Assembly: GCF_964194155.1 (NCBI RefSeq)
Contig: NC_135901.1
Coordinates: forward strand, 38,068,001-38,132,000
Direction of reading: 5' to 3'
DNA length: 64,000 bases
Source of the DNA: Cetorhinus maximus
Taxonomy: Eukaryota
Shown: positions 23,815 to 38,089 of the stretch, in pieces
How the letters are laid out: each line of letters opens with the position of its first letter
Numbering within the stretch: the first letter of the stretch is position 1
The notes under the pieces: model-generated
What the model was told of the DNA's origin: nothing
Database searches by the model: none
Seen by the model: only the letters and a program-made list of their open reading frames with translations
Program-made: the position numbers and the translations under genes

Positions 23815-24877
23815 TGTCGATTTATTGATCATGTGAAATTGTTGAAACGAGTATTAATTTCTTATGGATTGAAAACATTTAACAGCTCTACCAGAATCAG
23901 CTGGGTGACAGTTGAAGTTTCGCCTCCGAGCTGGAAATGTCACATTTGGAACAGGTAGGGAACAAAGACAGAAGCGGAGTGAAAGAAGGACAAGAGAAGG
24001 GCTGGTTGCAAAGCACTGACCATAGGGATGGTGGTGCCAGGCAAAATATGGGTGAGAGAAGGGCAAATTTTGCTGCATCATGTTTGCACCAACACAAATA
24101 TTACTCCTGATCAATCAATCAATCACAACTGCTCTTTGACAGCAGCGCGCCAAGCCGAATGGTTCCTTTCTTTGCTGTAACTTTCTTTAATTTTACGTTT
24201 CCCGACACTATGGATGCTTCTTTCAAAGTAATTCTGACACTTTATACCCACTCGAGCGAGATGCACTTTCTTACCTGTATTCAGCTCGTTTGAAACCAAA
24301 ACATGGAGAAATTCAACAAATTTTCTTGTCATTTCTAGCACGAGATTTGTGACAAGACTAATTGAACGACACATTAATGGTGCCAATCCTTCATTGGAGC
24401 TCACCACGTCCAAAGAGCACTGTTACCATCAGCCTGTTATTCAAGGTACTTCTTGCAGTAAATCTGCTGAACAACATAAGCTTCTCACAGCTCTGCTTTC
24501 TTCACATTGAAACCTGGTGTACAAATATGAATATTTCAACGCTGAACAACGTACACAAGACTGGAAGGTGAATGTGACTGTGGATAATCGGCATTGTGCA
24601 TATTACTGTAATCAGCACTTGGAGAATCATGAAGATCCTGGTGTTTCTTTACCCTGTTATCTGTAAACCGATCAACGTTGTGTCTTACGTTTGCATCAAA
24701 CTTCTACCTGGGCCGGCAGAAAGAGCTGGAGGTGAGGCAGAAAGAGATGTGACATGAAAGTGCTTTGAATTTGATGTACATTAAGTGCTTTCAGTGGTCA
24801 ATATCTCTCCTGTGCTGCCTTGCAAGTTTCACAGGAACTGCAGTGGAGGTTGGTCATTATTTGTTTGTAAGAAGCTG

Positions 24878-24914
24878 TGCCCAAAGTGGGGTGAACCCAC
24901 GACCCTGAAATTAT
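24878..24914 (-). pseudogene. tRNA-Lys 3'-half remnant
   Basis: GCCCAAAGTGGGG-TGAACCCACGACCCTGAAATTA, located at the inverted-paralog position of the 6341 gene. Confidence 0.6.
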
Positions 24915-25431
24915 TGTTTTCCACCTGATACCTCAGCTTGTTCTGAATTTCAAATTGTAGAAGGTAATCGACCTACAAAAGCCCCAAGGTTGCAATGCAT
25001 TCCTCTCAATCATCAATAACATCATTCACACCTTCCTCTTCTTAGCTGCACCTCCTTACAAACTCCTCTTGCATCTTTCATTCTCACATTTTTTCTGTAA
25101 CATTTTCATCTGAAGCTGCATAACTAATATGAATTAAGTTAGTGATGGTAAAAATTTGTTCATCCCCTCGGGAAACTGAAACACACACAGAGGAACACAC
25201 ACAGACATATTCACCGAGAGCGACAGAGGACAAGGAGGTGTCTCTGAGGAGAGACAAACACCCAGAAAGCAAGCATGACGCCAAGTTTTGCTTCATTTCC
25301 ACCGCAGGTTTCGTGAGTATTTTCGGGAATGAACAGAAAAAGGAAAACGCCCCCGTGTTTTGATGGATTTTATTCCACTTAACCAATAATTAACTCTGTA
25401 GACGCACAGTTAAATCCAGGAATAACGAGAA

Positions 25432-25471
25432 GCGGGAAACCCCATCGCCTTAAACACTCGGCCACGACGAC
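25432..25471 (-). pseudogene. tRNA-Ser remnant lacking anticodon arm and 3' end
   Basis: GCGGGAAACCCC-ATCGCCTTAAACACTCGGCCACGACGAC. Confidence 0.6.
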
Positions 25472-26089
25472 TGGCCCTATGGACAGGTTAGCATCGTTGG
25501 TATAATACTATAGATGGCTGGAGCAGAGGAGGAGGACATTCGACCCATCAGCGAATTCAAAATCCCCGCCTTTTCTTCACAGCCATTTATATTTTTATTG
25601 TCTCTCCTCATTCTTCCTGTTAAAGTGAAACACCGCACACACCAGCTTTAACTGTGGGCTGGCACTTTGTCGACCATTAGGACAATTTTAGCAGCAGTGG
25701 GATTAGAAACCACGCTTCAATAAAGACCTTAAACCATCAACAATCACTACAGCTGCACTACCGAGCTCAGGATACTACTGCCCATCGCCTTGGCTGGTGG
25801 TGCTACTGAAATAGAACAGAAGCAAAGCAGCAGCAGCAATAGGTCATAAGGCCCCACAAGCCTCCTCCGTCACTTAATAAGATCATGGAGGACCCCCAGC
25901 CTCAACACCAATTTCCCACCCGATCCCGAAAGCCCTTCATTCCCTTAGAGTCCAAAAACCAGGAGAATTTTTTGACTTTTTTTTTTCCATTGATCCGATA
26001 GTTCTGTGGACACCTGGTTGAAATCAGGCTGAGTCTGTGGCCGCTCTCACCATTTGAATCCGTCACAATGCCCGGCTGATTGACGGTAG

Positions 26090-26520
26090 CTCAGGACCAA
26101 TAGGAAGAGGGAGCGAGCCTGGATGACGGGGAGGGACTGGAGGACTGAGGGGGAGCGGCTGTTCGTCCAACCAATCGGAGTGAATGAGGGGCGGGTCCGG
26201 GAGTGACGCATGCGCAGTGTGAGTAATGGCGAGGAAGAGGCGCTTCATTCTTGGTTCCGCAATCGGTAAGTGGATTAAATGGTGGGGAGAAGGGAGCGAT
26301 GGATCAGGCCGGTGGGCGTGTTGGCTTCGTAAACACGTTGTGTAAACGGCAAATCCAGAAAAAGAACTTATGGTAAACTTTGGACCGTCCCCTTCGTTTG
26401 TGCCGAGCGAGGCCTCCGGTTTCTCCCACTTTCAGACCCAGGATTAACTGCCGCCATCTTTATTGGGGGCAATGCCCGGAAGGGGCGCATGCGCGGCGGC
26501 CATCTCTATTAGGGGCAACC
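26090..26520 (+). promoter_or_regulatory. CpG-rich promoter, non-coding exon 1 and intronic YY1/NRF1 sites of ZNF-A
   Basis: CCAAT (26097, 26171), GC box (26188), CGCATGCGCA (~26207), donor GTAAGT (26266), GCCGCCATCTT (26450), GCGCATGCGC (26485). Confidence 0.7.
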
Positions 26521-26639
26521 TTTTTGGAATCTTAATTGACAGAATAAGAATAACTTGTCCATCAAACTGCTTCATGCTTTGAATTACAATGTCTTATTGA
26601 TGAGGCAGAACAACGGTATATGTCCAAGTCAGTGACAAT

Positions 26640-27505
26640 AATTCGTTTTTATACTGGGGCTTTAACATAATAAAACGTGCCAAGGCATTTCACAGAAATG
26701 TTACAAAGTAACATTTGACACTGAGCCACATAAGGAGATATTGGGGCAGGTGACCAAAAGCTTGGTCAAAGAGGTCGGTTTTAAGGAATGACTTAAAGGG
26801 GAGAAAGAGAGGTGGAGAAGTCCAAGGACAAAATCCCAGAGCTTGTGGCCTAGGCAAATGAAAGAATGGTCACCAATGGTGAAGTAATTAAAATCAGGAA
26901 TGCTCAAGAGGCTGGAATTGGATGAGTGTAGAGATCTTGGAGAGATGTGTGGCTGGAGGAGATTACAGAGATAGGGATGATCACAACCATGGAGGAAAAC
27001 AAGGATGAGAAATATAAAATTTAGTTGCTTCCTAACGAGGAACCTTTCTGGGTCACTGAGCACAGGGGAGAAGGGTGAACAAGACTTGGTGTGAGTCAGC
27101 ACACGGGCAGCAGAGTTTTGGATGACCTCAAGATTACAGGGAGGCTGAATATGGGAGGCCGGCCGTGAGTGCGTTAGGATAGTTAAGTCTAGAGGGAACA
27201 AAGGAATGGATGAGAGTTTCAGCAGCAGATGAGTTGAGACTGGGCTGGAGTCGGGCGATGTTACTGAGGTGGAAATAGGCGGTCTTGGTGATGATGTGGA
27301 TATGTGGTTGGAAACTCATCTTGGGGTGAAATATTTCACAATGGTTGTGAACAGTCTGGTTCAGTCTCAGACAGTTGTCAGGGAGAGGAATGGAGTTGTT
27401 GGTGAGGGAGTGGAGTTTGTCGTGGGGACTGAAGACAATGGCTTCAGTCTTCTCAATATTTAAATGGAGGAAATGTCTGCTCATCCAGTACTGGATGTCA
27501 GACAA
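26640..27505 (-). mobile_element. L2-clade LINE 3' fragment
   Basis: ORF 27134-27505 (SDIQYWMSRHFLHLNIEKTEAI..TKTAYFHLSNIARL..ETLIHSFV.SRL.Y) is an L2 RT C-terminus. Paralogous copies at 32590-32895, 49265-50018 and 60600-61240. Confidence 0.85.
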
Positions 27506-27734
27506 GTCAGGACAGTGTGTGACTTGCAGGGGAACTTGGAGTTGATCGTGTTCACATACATCTACTACCCTGGTCCTTCTAGGGGGAGGAGGTTGAGGGT
27601 CTGGGAAATTCTGTCGAAGTTCTGATTGCGTTGTAGAAATATGAAATGTTTCTCCTTCACCCCCTACTGCTCCTAGATACCTCTCTCTCTCTCTATCTAT
27701 ATGCTCTCATAGAGGCCAGAGTCTTATGTAAGCC

Positions 27735-27880
27735 CAGACCGGGTGGCAGGTTCCCTTCCCTGAAGGACATTAGTGAACCAGTTGGGTTTTTATAACAATC
27801 AGCAGTTTTCATGGTCACTTTTTCCTCGTGCCGGCCCCACAAATTCCCAGATTCATTCAGCTCAATGTCACAACCTGCCT
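27735..27880 (-). mobile_element. SINE core fragment (Meta-SINE-like) just upstream of the ZNF acceptor
   Basis: Reverse complement GATTGT..AAAAACCCAACTGGTTCACTAATGTCCTTCAGGGAAGGGAACCTGCC resembles the Meta-SINE central domain (from memory). Copies at ~33115, 35812, 42110-42265, 50954 and 60000-60160. Confidence 0.55.
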
Positions 27881-27937
27881 TTGTGTTTTTGTGGGTTCTC
27901 TCTCACTCCTTTTTTCTGTTTTAAATCAATTTCACAG

Positions 27938-29248
<1,311 letters not shown>

Positions 29249-30467
29249 CTGCAGTGAATGGATTTTGCTGTTAATCACATCCAAAGAGGTGGCAAAGACA
29301 CAAAAGGCTCTCATACGTTGTGTCATCTGTGATTCTCCCCTGCACCCTCTCCACGGCCTTGGCATCATTCCTGTTATAAGATGCCCAGAATTTGACTCAA
29401 TATTCTAAATGCAGCTTAACCAATGATTTACAAATTAATTTTATAAAGAAAAGTGGAGTAACAGGTTCAAAAAGCATTTCAAACTTGTCCGTCAAATTTA
29501 AAGATCTGTGTATCTGAACCCCTTGTAACATGGCTAAAATACTATGAGGTAAATTCTCTGATATAACGTGTGTTATGGGATAGAGAAGTTTAGTCTGAGT
29601 TAGAAACTCAAACAGGCTCTTCACTGCAGACAGGTCACCACGGCAACACTGATAAGACATTCCATTGCACAGAATCAGCTCATTGGAAACTCGAATCAGA
29701 TCAGGGAAAAGTTCAGAGTTTGTCTGTTATTGACCACGATATAAACTGAAACCAGAGTGAGGAACAGAATAGATCAGATTATAATGTGTGATGTTTATAC
29801 CTATAATTGTGTAACTATCAGAAATAACAGAATTAACAGTTGGCAGGGGAGTTTTTGGAGAATGAGAACATTCCTGAAGAAAAGTAACTGTTGGGAACGA
29901 GGGAATGTGTCCTTGTAAATCACAGATTAGAGAAATTCCAGCTGTCTTTTCCCCACTTCCTGCCAAAACCCAGCAGAGAAGACAAAGAAGATTCAGGGGC
30001 CAGAGCTGGATCACCACAGGTTATAAAAATGAGGGGATACTGATGTAAGGGGGCAGTCGGGACTGGAGACACCGGAAATCAAGCTCAGGGTGCCTGAGGT
30101 TCCATCCAGCAGGCTGACCTCATGTAAGTGACTGTGGACACACGGGACTTGCATATTTACTCTGATTGATTGATCAGTATAATATACGGTAGAGGACAGA
30201 GAATCTGCTCAGCTTGTATTTCTTAAAAAGGTACTAAAATTGTTGACACTGGACTCTCAAATCTACTGATTTACGAAGACAAATTGTTAGCTGGAATCAC
30301 CTACCTCTTTACTGTTCTGACCCTCTACTCCCTTTAAACTGTTCCCATTCACAAATATCAGGGGGAATTTTTGACTGATTATGGAGCACCTGTAAATGGA
30401 GAAGAAATTAGAACCAGTCAGAGAACATATGTTAATGGAGGAGAAATTGTGACGGTTGAAGGAGTCT

Positions 30468-30710
30468 GTTAATGAACAGCAATGTGACTTGTCAGGGAGG
30501 GACTTGTAAATGAACAGCAATGTGAATTGTCAAGGAGGGTTTGGAACTCAACATCAATGTGACTTGTCAGGGAGAGTCTGTAAATGAACAACAACGTGAC
30601 TTGTCAGGGTGGGTCTATAAATGAACAGCAATGCGATTTGTCAGGGAGAGTCTGTAACTGAACAGCAATATGACTTGTCAGGGAGGGACTATAAATGAAC
30701 AGCAATGTAA
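30468..30710. repeat. ~37-bp minisatellite, ~6.5 copies
   Basis: Unit GTAAATGAACAGCAATGTGACTTGTCAGGGAGGGTCT. Confidence 0.9.
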
Positions 30711-32114
30711 ATGAGCAAGAAATGATGTGGTCAGAGTGTGTCTGTACAGGAAGTAGAAATGGTGACAGAGAGCCCTTGGTTAGTTATGGGAGATTTTGGA
30801 GTTGGATTGCAGAGAGGAAGGAACATAGTGATAGGCTAAAGGGATAGATGGATAGAGCAAGAGAAAGAGAGAATAAAAGAGAGGGAGAGAGAGACCAAAA
30901 ACTAATTGAAGAGGAGAAAATGAGTCAGATTCCATGTGGCAGATAAACAGAATTTTTTTAAAGTATATACTGCTTTGACAGTTAGTGGTCTTAGAAAAGA
31001 AAAAAAACAGCTGATGTCTGATCAGGAAAGAGGAAGCTGGTTGAGGGGCTACAGTTAGTTTAACACAATCTCATTAAATGGAGTGATACACAGACCAGCC
31101 TCCCATGCAGGTGAGCGACAGCAGCAAGAACCACATGAAAACAGGAGATTGTGGAAGGTCCAGCAGTGTCAGGATCCGAGAATACAGGACCGACAGAGGT
31201 TATTCAGCCTATCAAGTCTGTACCAGCTCAAAGACCAACCCAGTTCATCCCACTCCCCCTCTTTCCCCGTACCCCCCAGTTGTTAACCCTAACAAAGGCC
31301 TGAAAGGTTGACTCTCTCTCTCCACAGATGTTGCCTGAGCAGCTGAGTATTTCAAACATTTTCTGTTTGATTCTTGGGAAATGAGTTTGTTGAAGAAACA
31401 ACCCCAACCACCTGCCCTCACGCATCAAATATAAAATTAGTAAACAAACACCGACCCCCACCCAACCAATATAAAAGGAGTTTTGTTTTAGAAACAAATA
31501 TTTCTGAACAGGCTTTTCATTCTTGGTGTGTGGGCATTGGTAGCAAGTCTATTAATTATATTGCGCATCCCCACTTAGTCTTTGTGCAGGTCATGATGGG
31601 CCACCTTCTCCTTGACCGACTGTCTAGTGAAGGTGCTCCCACAAGGTCATGACGTAAAATCCTGAGATCCACCATTTTCACTCAGCGATAAAGGAGCAGT
31701 GAGAATATGCACAAGACCGGATGGTGTGTGACTTAGATGAAAAGATGGGGATAAGGGTGTTCCCCAGCATCTGCTACCTTTCTCCTTCTACGTGGCGTAA
31801 ACCTTAAGGTTTGGAGGTTCCATAAAAATTTCAGTTGTGTTGCTGATGTATAAAATCCTTCGTCTTCACCTTGTCCCATCTCCCTCTCTCTCTCCTCAGG
31901 TAGGGACACAGACCAGGTGGCAGGTTCCACTCTCGTGATCTTGCTGGCTGTATCAATTGAATTAATAATAATATATGGTTGGCACCAATCATAATCGGAG
32001 CTCGGAATATGATTTTGTTTTTAACAATGCCACGGTTCAATGGCGCTGCAGTTACCCAGCATTCACAGAGAGGCAGAATATGCTCTATCTTTGCTGCGGG
32101 AGATCATCCATTCT

Positions 32115-32470
32115 ATGGGCGGAGCATGCGCAGTTGCGGTGCTGGAAGGAAAGTCGCGGTCGGGTCGGATCAGGGAGGAGAACAGAAGCAGAGAGGAGCC
32201 AGCGGGCAGGTGAAGGTGGATGGAACCTGCCAGCGGGTGGGACGCCTTCATAAATATACACTGCAGGCCTCAAACTGCGAACATGAAGCTTCTGATCCCG
32301 TGTTTGCGCCGATTTGGTGACGGCGGCGTTTGTCACGATATCAGGTCCGATTGACGGCCGCCATCTGTATAGGGACAGGGCGGTAGTGCGCATGTTGGTC
32401 CACCATCTTTATAGGGGCAATTGGCAGCAGTGCGCATGCGCGGTCGCCATCTTTATAGAGGGCATTGGTC
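32115..32470 (+). promoter_or_regulatory. Promoter/first-intron region of ZNF-B with three tandem YY1/NRF1 units
   Basis: GCATGCGCA (~32124), then CCATCT(T/G)TATAG at ~32360, ~32403 and ~32447, the latter two preceded by GCGCATG. Confidence 0.6.
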
Positions 32471-33314
32471 AGCAGCTGTGACCACAGTTGGAGCAATTAA
32501 AATTGGGAATTGTCAGCAATCCGGAATTAGAGAAAGTGAAGATCTCTGCGGGGGCGGGGGGGGGGACTGTGAGACTGGAGGAGATTACAAAGGAATGGAT
32601 GAGGTTTTCAGCAGCAGATGAGCTGAGACTGGGGTGGAGTCGGGCGATGTTACTGAGGTGGAAATAGGCGGTCTTGGTGATGATGTGGATATGTGGTTGG
32701 AATCTCATCTTGGGGTGAAATATTTCACCATGGTTGTGAACAGTCTGGTTCAGTCTCAGACAGTTGTCAGGGAGAGGGATGGAGTCGGTGGATAGGGAAT
32801 GGAGTTTGTAGCGGGGACTGAAGACAATGGCTTCAGTCTTCCCAATATTTAAATGGAGGAAATGTCTGCTCATCCAATACTGGATGTCAGACAAGTTAAG
32901 ACAATGTGTGACTTGGAGGGGAACTTGGAGGTGACGGTGTTCACATACACCTGCTACCCTAGATCTTCTAGCACTTGGAGGTTGAGGGTCCGGAAGATTC
33001 TGTCAAAGTTCTGGTTGAGTTGTAGAGATATAAAATTCCCCTGCTTTACCGGGTGCCTCTACCACCTCTCTCATTCTTGCTCTCTTCCCAGAGGGTCCAG
33101 AGCCTTGTGTACACCCAGACCGGGTGGCAGGTTTCCTTCCCTGAAGGACATTAGTGAACCAGTTGGGTTTTTATGACAATCCAGCAGTTTTCATGGTCAC
33201 TTTTTCCTCGTGCCGACCCCACAAATTCCCAGATTGAATCAGCTCAATTTCACAACCTGTTTTTGTGGGTTCTCTCTCTCTCTCCCTTTTTTCTGTTTTA
33301 AATCAATTTCACAG

Positions 33315-34116
<802 letters not shown>

Positions 34117-34274
34117 CTGCAGTGATTGGATTTTGCTGTTAATCACATCCAGGACTGAACCATGTTCATTGGGATCTGTTTCTGCTGATGTTAATAAACC
34201 CCAGCCCAGCTAGTTTGGTTAATATCTGGATAAAGTCAACAAATCAGGTTTAAATTAAAAACCTGTGTTGAACA

Positions 34275-35345
34275 AGATAGGATCAGGAGGAGGCCATTCA
34301 GCCCCTCAAGCCTGCTCTGCCATTTAATAAGATCATGGCTGATCTGATTGTGGCCTCAACTCTGGATTCCACCTACCCCCGATAACCTTTAACTCTCTTG
34401 TTAGTTAAGAATCTATCTACCTTTGCCTGAATGATAACCGATGACCCTGCCTCCACCCCTCTCTGGAAAAGAGAGCTGCAAAGACCAACAACCCTTAGAG
34501 AAAAAAATCTCCTCATCTGTCTTAAATGGGAGACCCCTTATTTTAAAACTGTGTCCCCTAGTTCTAGTCTTTCTCACAAGGGGAAACACCCTTTCAGCAT
34601 CCACCCTGTTGAGCCCCCTCAGAATCATATATGTTTCAATAAGATCACCTCTCATTCTTTTAAGCTACAATGGGTACAGGTCCAGCCTGTCCAACCTTTC
34701 CTCATAAGATAAGCCCCTCATCTCAGGTATCAGTCGAGTGAACCTTCTCCGAACTACGAACACACATATCTTTTCTGAAATAAGGAGACCAAAACTGTAC
34801 ACAGTACTTCAGATGCTCACCAACACCCTGAACAACTGTAGCAAAGCATCCCTACTTTTATATTCCATTCCCTTTGCAATAAAACAACACCATTTGACTT
34901 CCGAATCACTTGCTGTACCTGAATACTAACATTTCCTGATTTATGTACCAGGACACCCAGATCGCTCTGTATCTCAGAGTTCTGCAATCTCTCCCCATTT
35001 ATATAATATGCTGTTTTTCTATGCTTCCTGCCAAAGTGGACAAGTTCACATTTCCCCACATGATACACCATCTACCAAATTTTTGCCAACTCACTTAACC
35101 ATCTATATCCCCTTGCAGGCTCCTTAGGTCCTCTTCACAACTCACTTTCCTGCCAATCTTTGTGTCATCAGCAAATTTAGCAACCATACATTCAGTCCCT
35201 TCATCCAAGCCATTGCTATAGATTGCAAATAGTTGAGGCCCCAGTATTGATCCCTGTGGCACTCCACTCGTCACCTCTTGCCAACCTGAAAAAGACCCAT
35301 TTTCCCTCTTCTGCTTCCTGTTAGCTAACTAATCCTCTATCCATG
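34275..35345 (-). mobile_element. CR1 LINE 3' fragment
   Basis: 3' tail plus peptides MRGDLIETY.ILRGL.RVD and GKCELVHFGRKH..DLGVLVH. An adjacent plus-strand CR1 RT piece lies at 35365-35780 (QHG..KGK.CL.NL). Confidence 0.85.
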
Positions 35346-35990
35346 TGGATGTGTTACTCCTTCTCAACTCAGGACAAAATTAATAGTCTTGTGAGCAAAT
35401 GTGGGTTAATTCAGGAACATCAGCATGGAATTGTGAAGGGAAAATTGTGTTTAATAAACTTGTTTAAGGTATTTGGAGAGGTAACAGAGTGGGTGATGAG
35501 GATGCTGCTGTTACTGTGGTGTACATGGACTTCAGAATGGAATTAGAGAATGTGCCACACAACAGACATGAGCAGAGTTATCTCATGGAATAAAAAGGAC
35601 AGTTGCAACATGGATACAAAACTGGCTGAGTATAGGAAACAGCAAGTCGTGGTTAATGAATTTTTTCAGGCTGGAAAAAAGTTTACAGTGGAGTTCCCCA
35701 GGCATCGCTCCTGATCTCCTGAACATATATAAATGACACAGACCTTGGTGTTCAGGCTCAGTTTTCAAATTTGTGGACGTCGTCTTGAGTGAGCAGAGTG
35801 AATAGCGGATTCCCTTCTCTGAAGGACATTATTGAACCAGTTGTGTTTTTATGACAATCCAGCAGTTTTCATGGTCACCTTTTCCTAGTGCCAGCCCCAC
35901 AAATTCCCAGATACATTCAGCTCAATTTCACAACCTGCCTTTGTGTTTTTGTGGGTTCTCTCTTACTCTAATTTAAAATCAATTTCACAG

Positions 35991-36837
<847 letters not shown>

Positions 36838-37029
36838 TGGGATTTTGCTGTCAGTCACATCGAAGACTGAACCATGCTCATTGGGGTATGTTTCTGCTGA
36901 AGTTGGTAAGCTCCACGACAGATATAGTGGTTCATATTTTGGATAGAAGTAAAATAAATCAGCTTTGTGTTAAATACAGTGTGTTGAATCTTTTTACTAC
37001 TTATAACGCAAGTTAGTTTCTTTTGAAGG

Positions 37030-38088
37030 GCTCTCCCTCTCCCCTGTCTCCTCCATCCTCACCTCCAACAACAAGTGTGAGGAGCTCATGGAGCTTCTTT
37101 GTCACTAAGATTGAGACAATCCGATCAGCTGCCTCTGCTGCTTCCCTTCCTTCCACTAGCCCACTGGGACAAACTGTCTCTAAAGTTCCTCCTTGTCTGA
37201 GCCCTGAACCCACATCTTTCTTTAGTTTCTCTCCCATTCTTATGCCCTCCCAGCGCTCATTTTGTCCATGAGAACCACCTCTTGCTCCATTGACCCTATT
37301 CCCACTAAACTGCTGATCACCCAACTTCCCCATGTTCACTGATATTGTTAACAGTTCTCTCTCTTCACGTACTGTTGATCTCTCCTTCAAATCTGCCATC
37401 ATCACCCCCTCCTCAAAAATCAAACCCTTGACCACATCATCCTTGCAAACTACTGCCCCATCTCCAACCTCCCTCTCTCCAAACTCCTTGAAGATGTCAC
37501 CTCCCAAATCTGTGCCCAGCTTTCCCAGAACTCCCTGTTTGAATCCCTCCAATTAGGTTTCTGCCCCTGCCACTGGACTGAAACAGCTCTGATCAAAGCC
37601 ACCAACTACATCCTATGTGACTGTGACAAAGGTAAACTATCCCTTCTCAACCTGTCTGCAGCCTTTGACAAGGTTGCCCACACCATTCTGCTCCAAAATC
37701 TCTCCACTGTCGTCAAGCTGGGTGGTGCTGGCCTCTCCTGGTTCCATGCTTCTCTATCTAATCATAGCCAGAGAATCACTTGTAATGTCTTCCCTTCCCA
37801 CTCCCAAAGTTACCTCTGGTGTCCCCAAAGGATCCAACCTTGGTCTCCTCTTATTTCTCATCAACATGCTCCGCACAACGACATCATCTGAAAACACAGT
37901 GTCAGTTATCACATGTACACTGAGTGCCCAGCTCTACCTCACCACCACCTCTCTCCACTTCTCCACTATGGTTAAATTATCAGACTGTTTGTCTGATATC
38001 CAGTGGTGGATGTGCAGAAATTTCTTCCAATTCAATATTGGCAAGACTGAAGACATTATTTTCGTTCCCGAGCTACCAACTCCATTCC
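37030..38088 (+). mobile_element. L2 LINE RT fragment downstream of ZNF-C
   Basis: Degenerate L2 RT (GF...H.TETALIKAT, SAAFD, GVPKGS.LG, CLSDIQ.WM). Confidence 0.8.
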
Positions 38089-38089
38089 T

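Noticed and set aside
26226-26265. ATG in ZNF exon 1 as an N-terminal coding exon
   Set aside because: Phase 1 does not join the finger frame, and the paralog at 48854 has an in-frame TGA. AATGGCG is better explained as a YY1-type motif.
30468-30710. 37-bp repeats as a CRISPR-like array
   Set aside because: Units are contiguous with no unique spacers, and the DNA is eukaryotic. The same applies to the 27-, 63- and 69-bp arrays.
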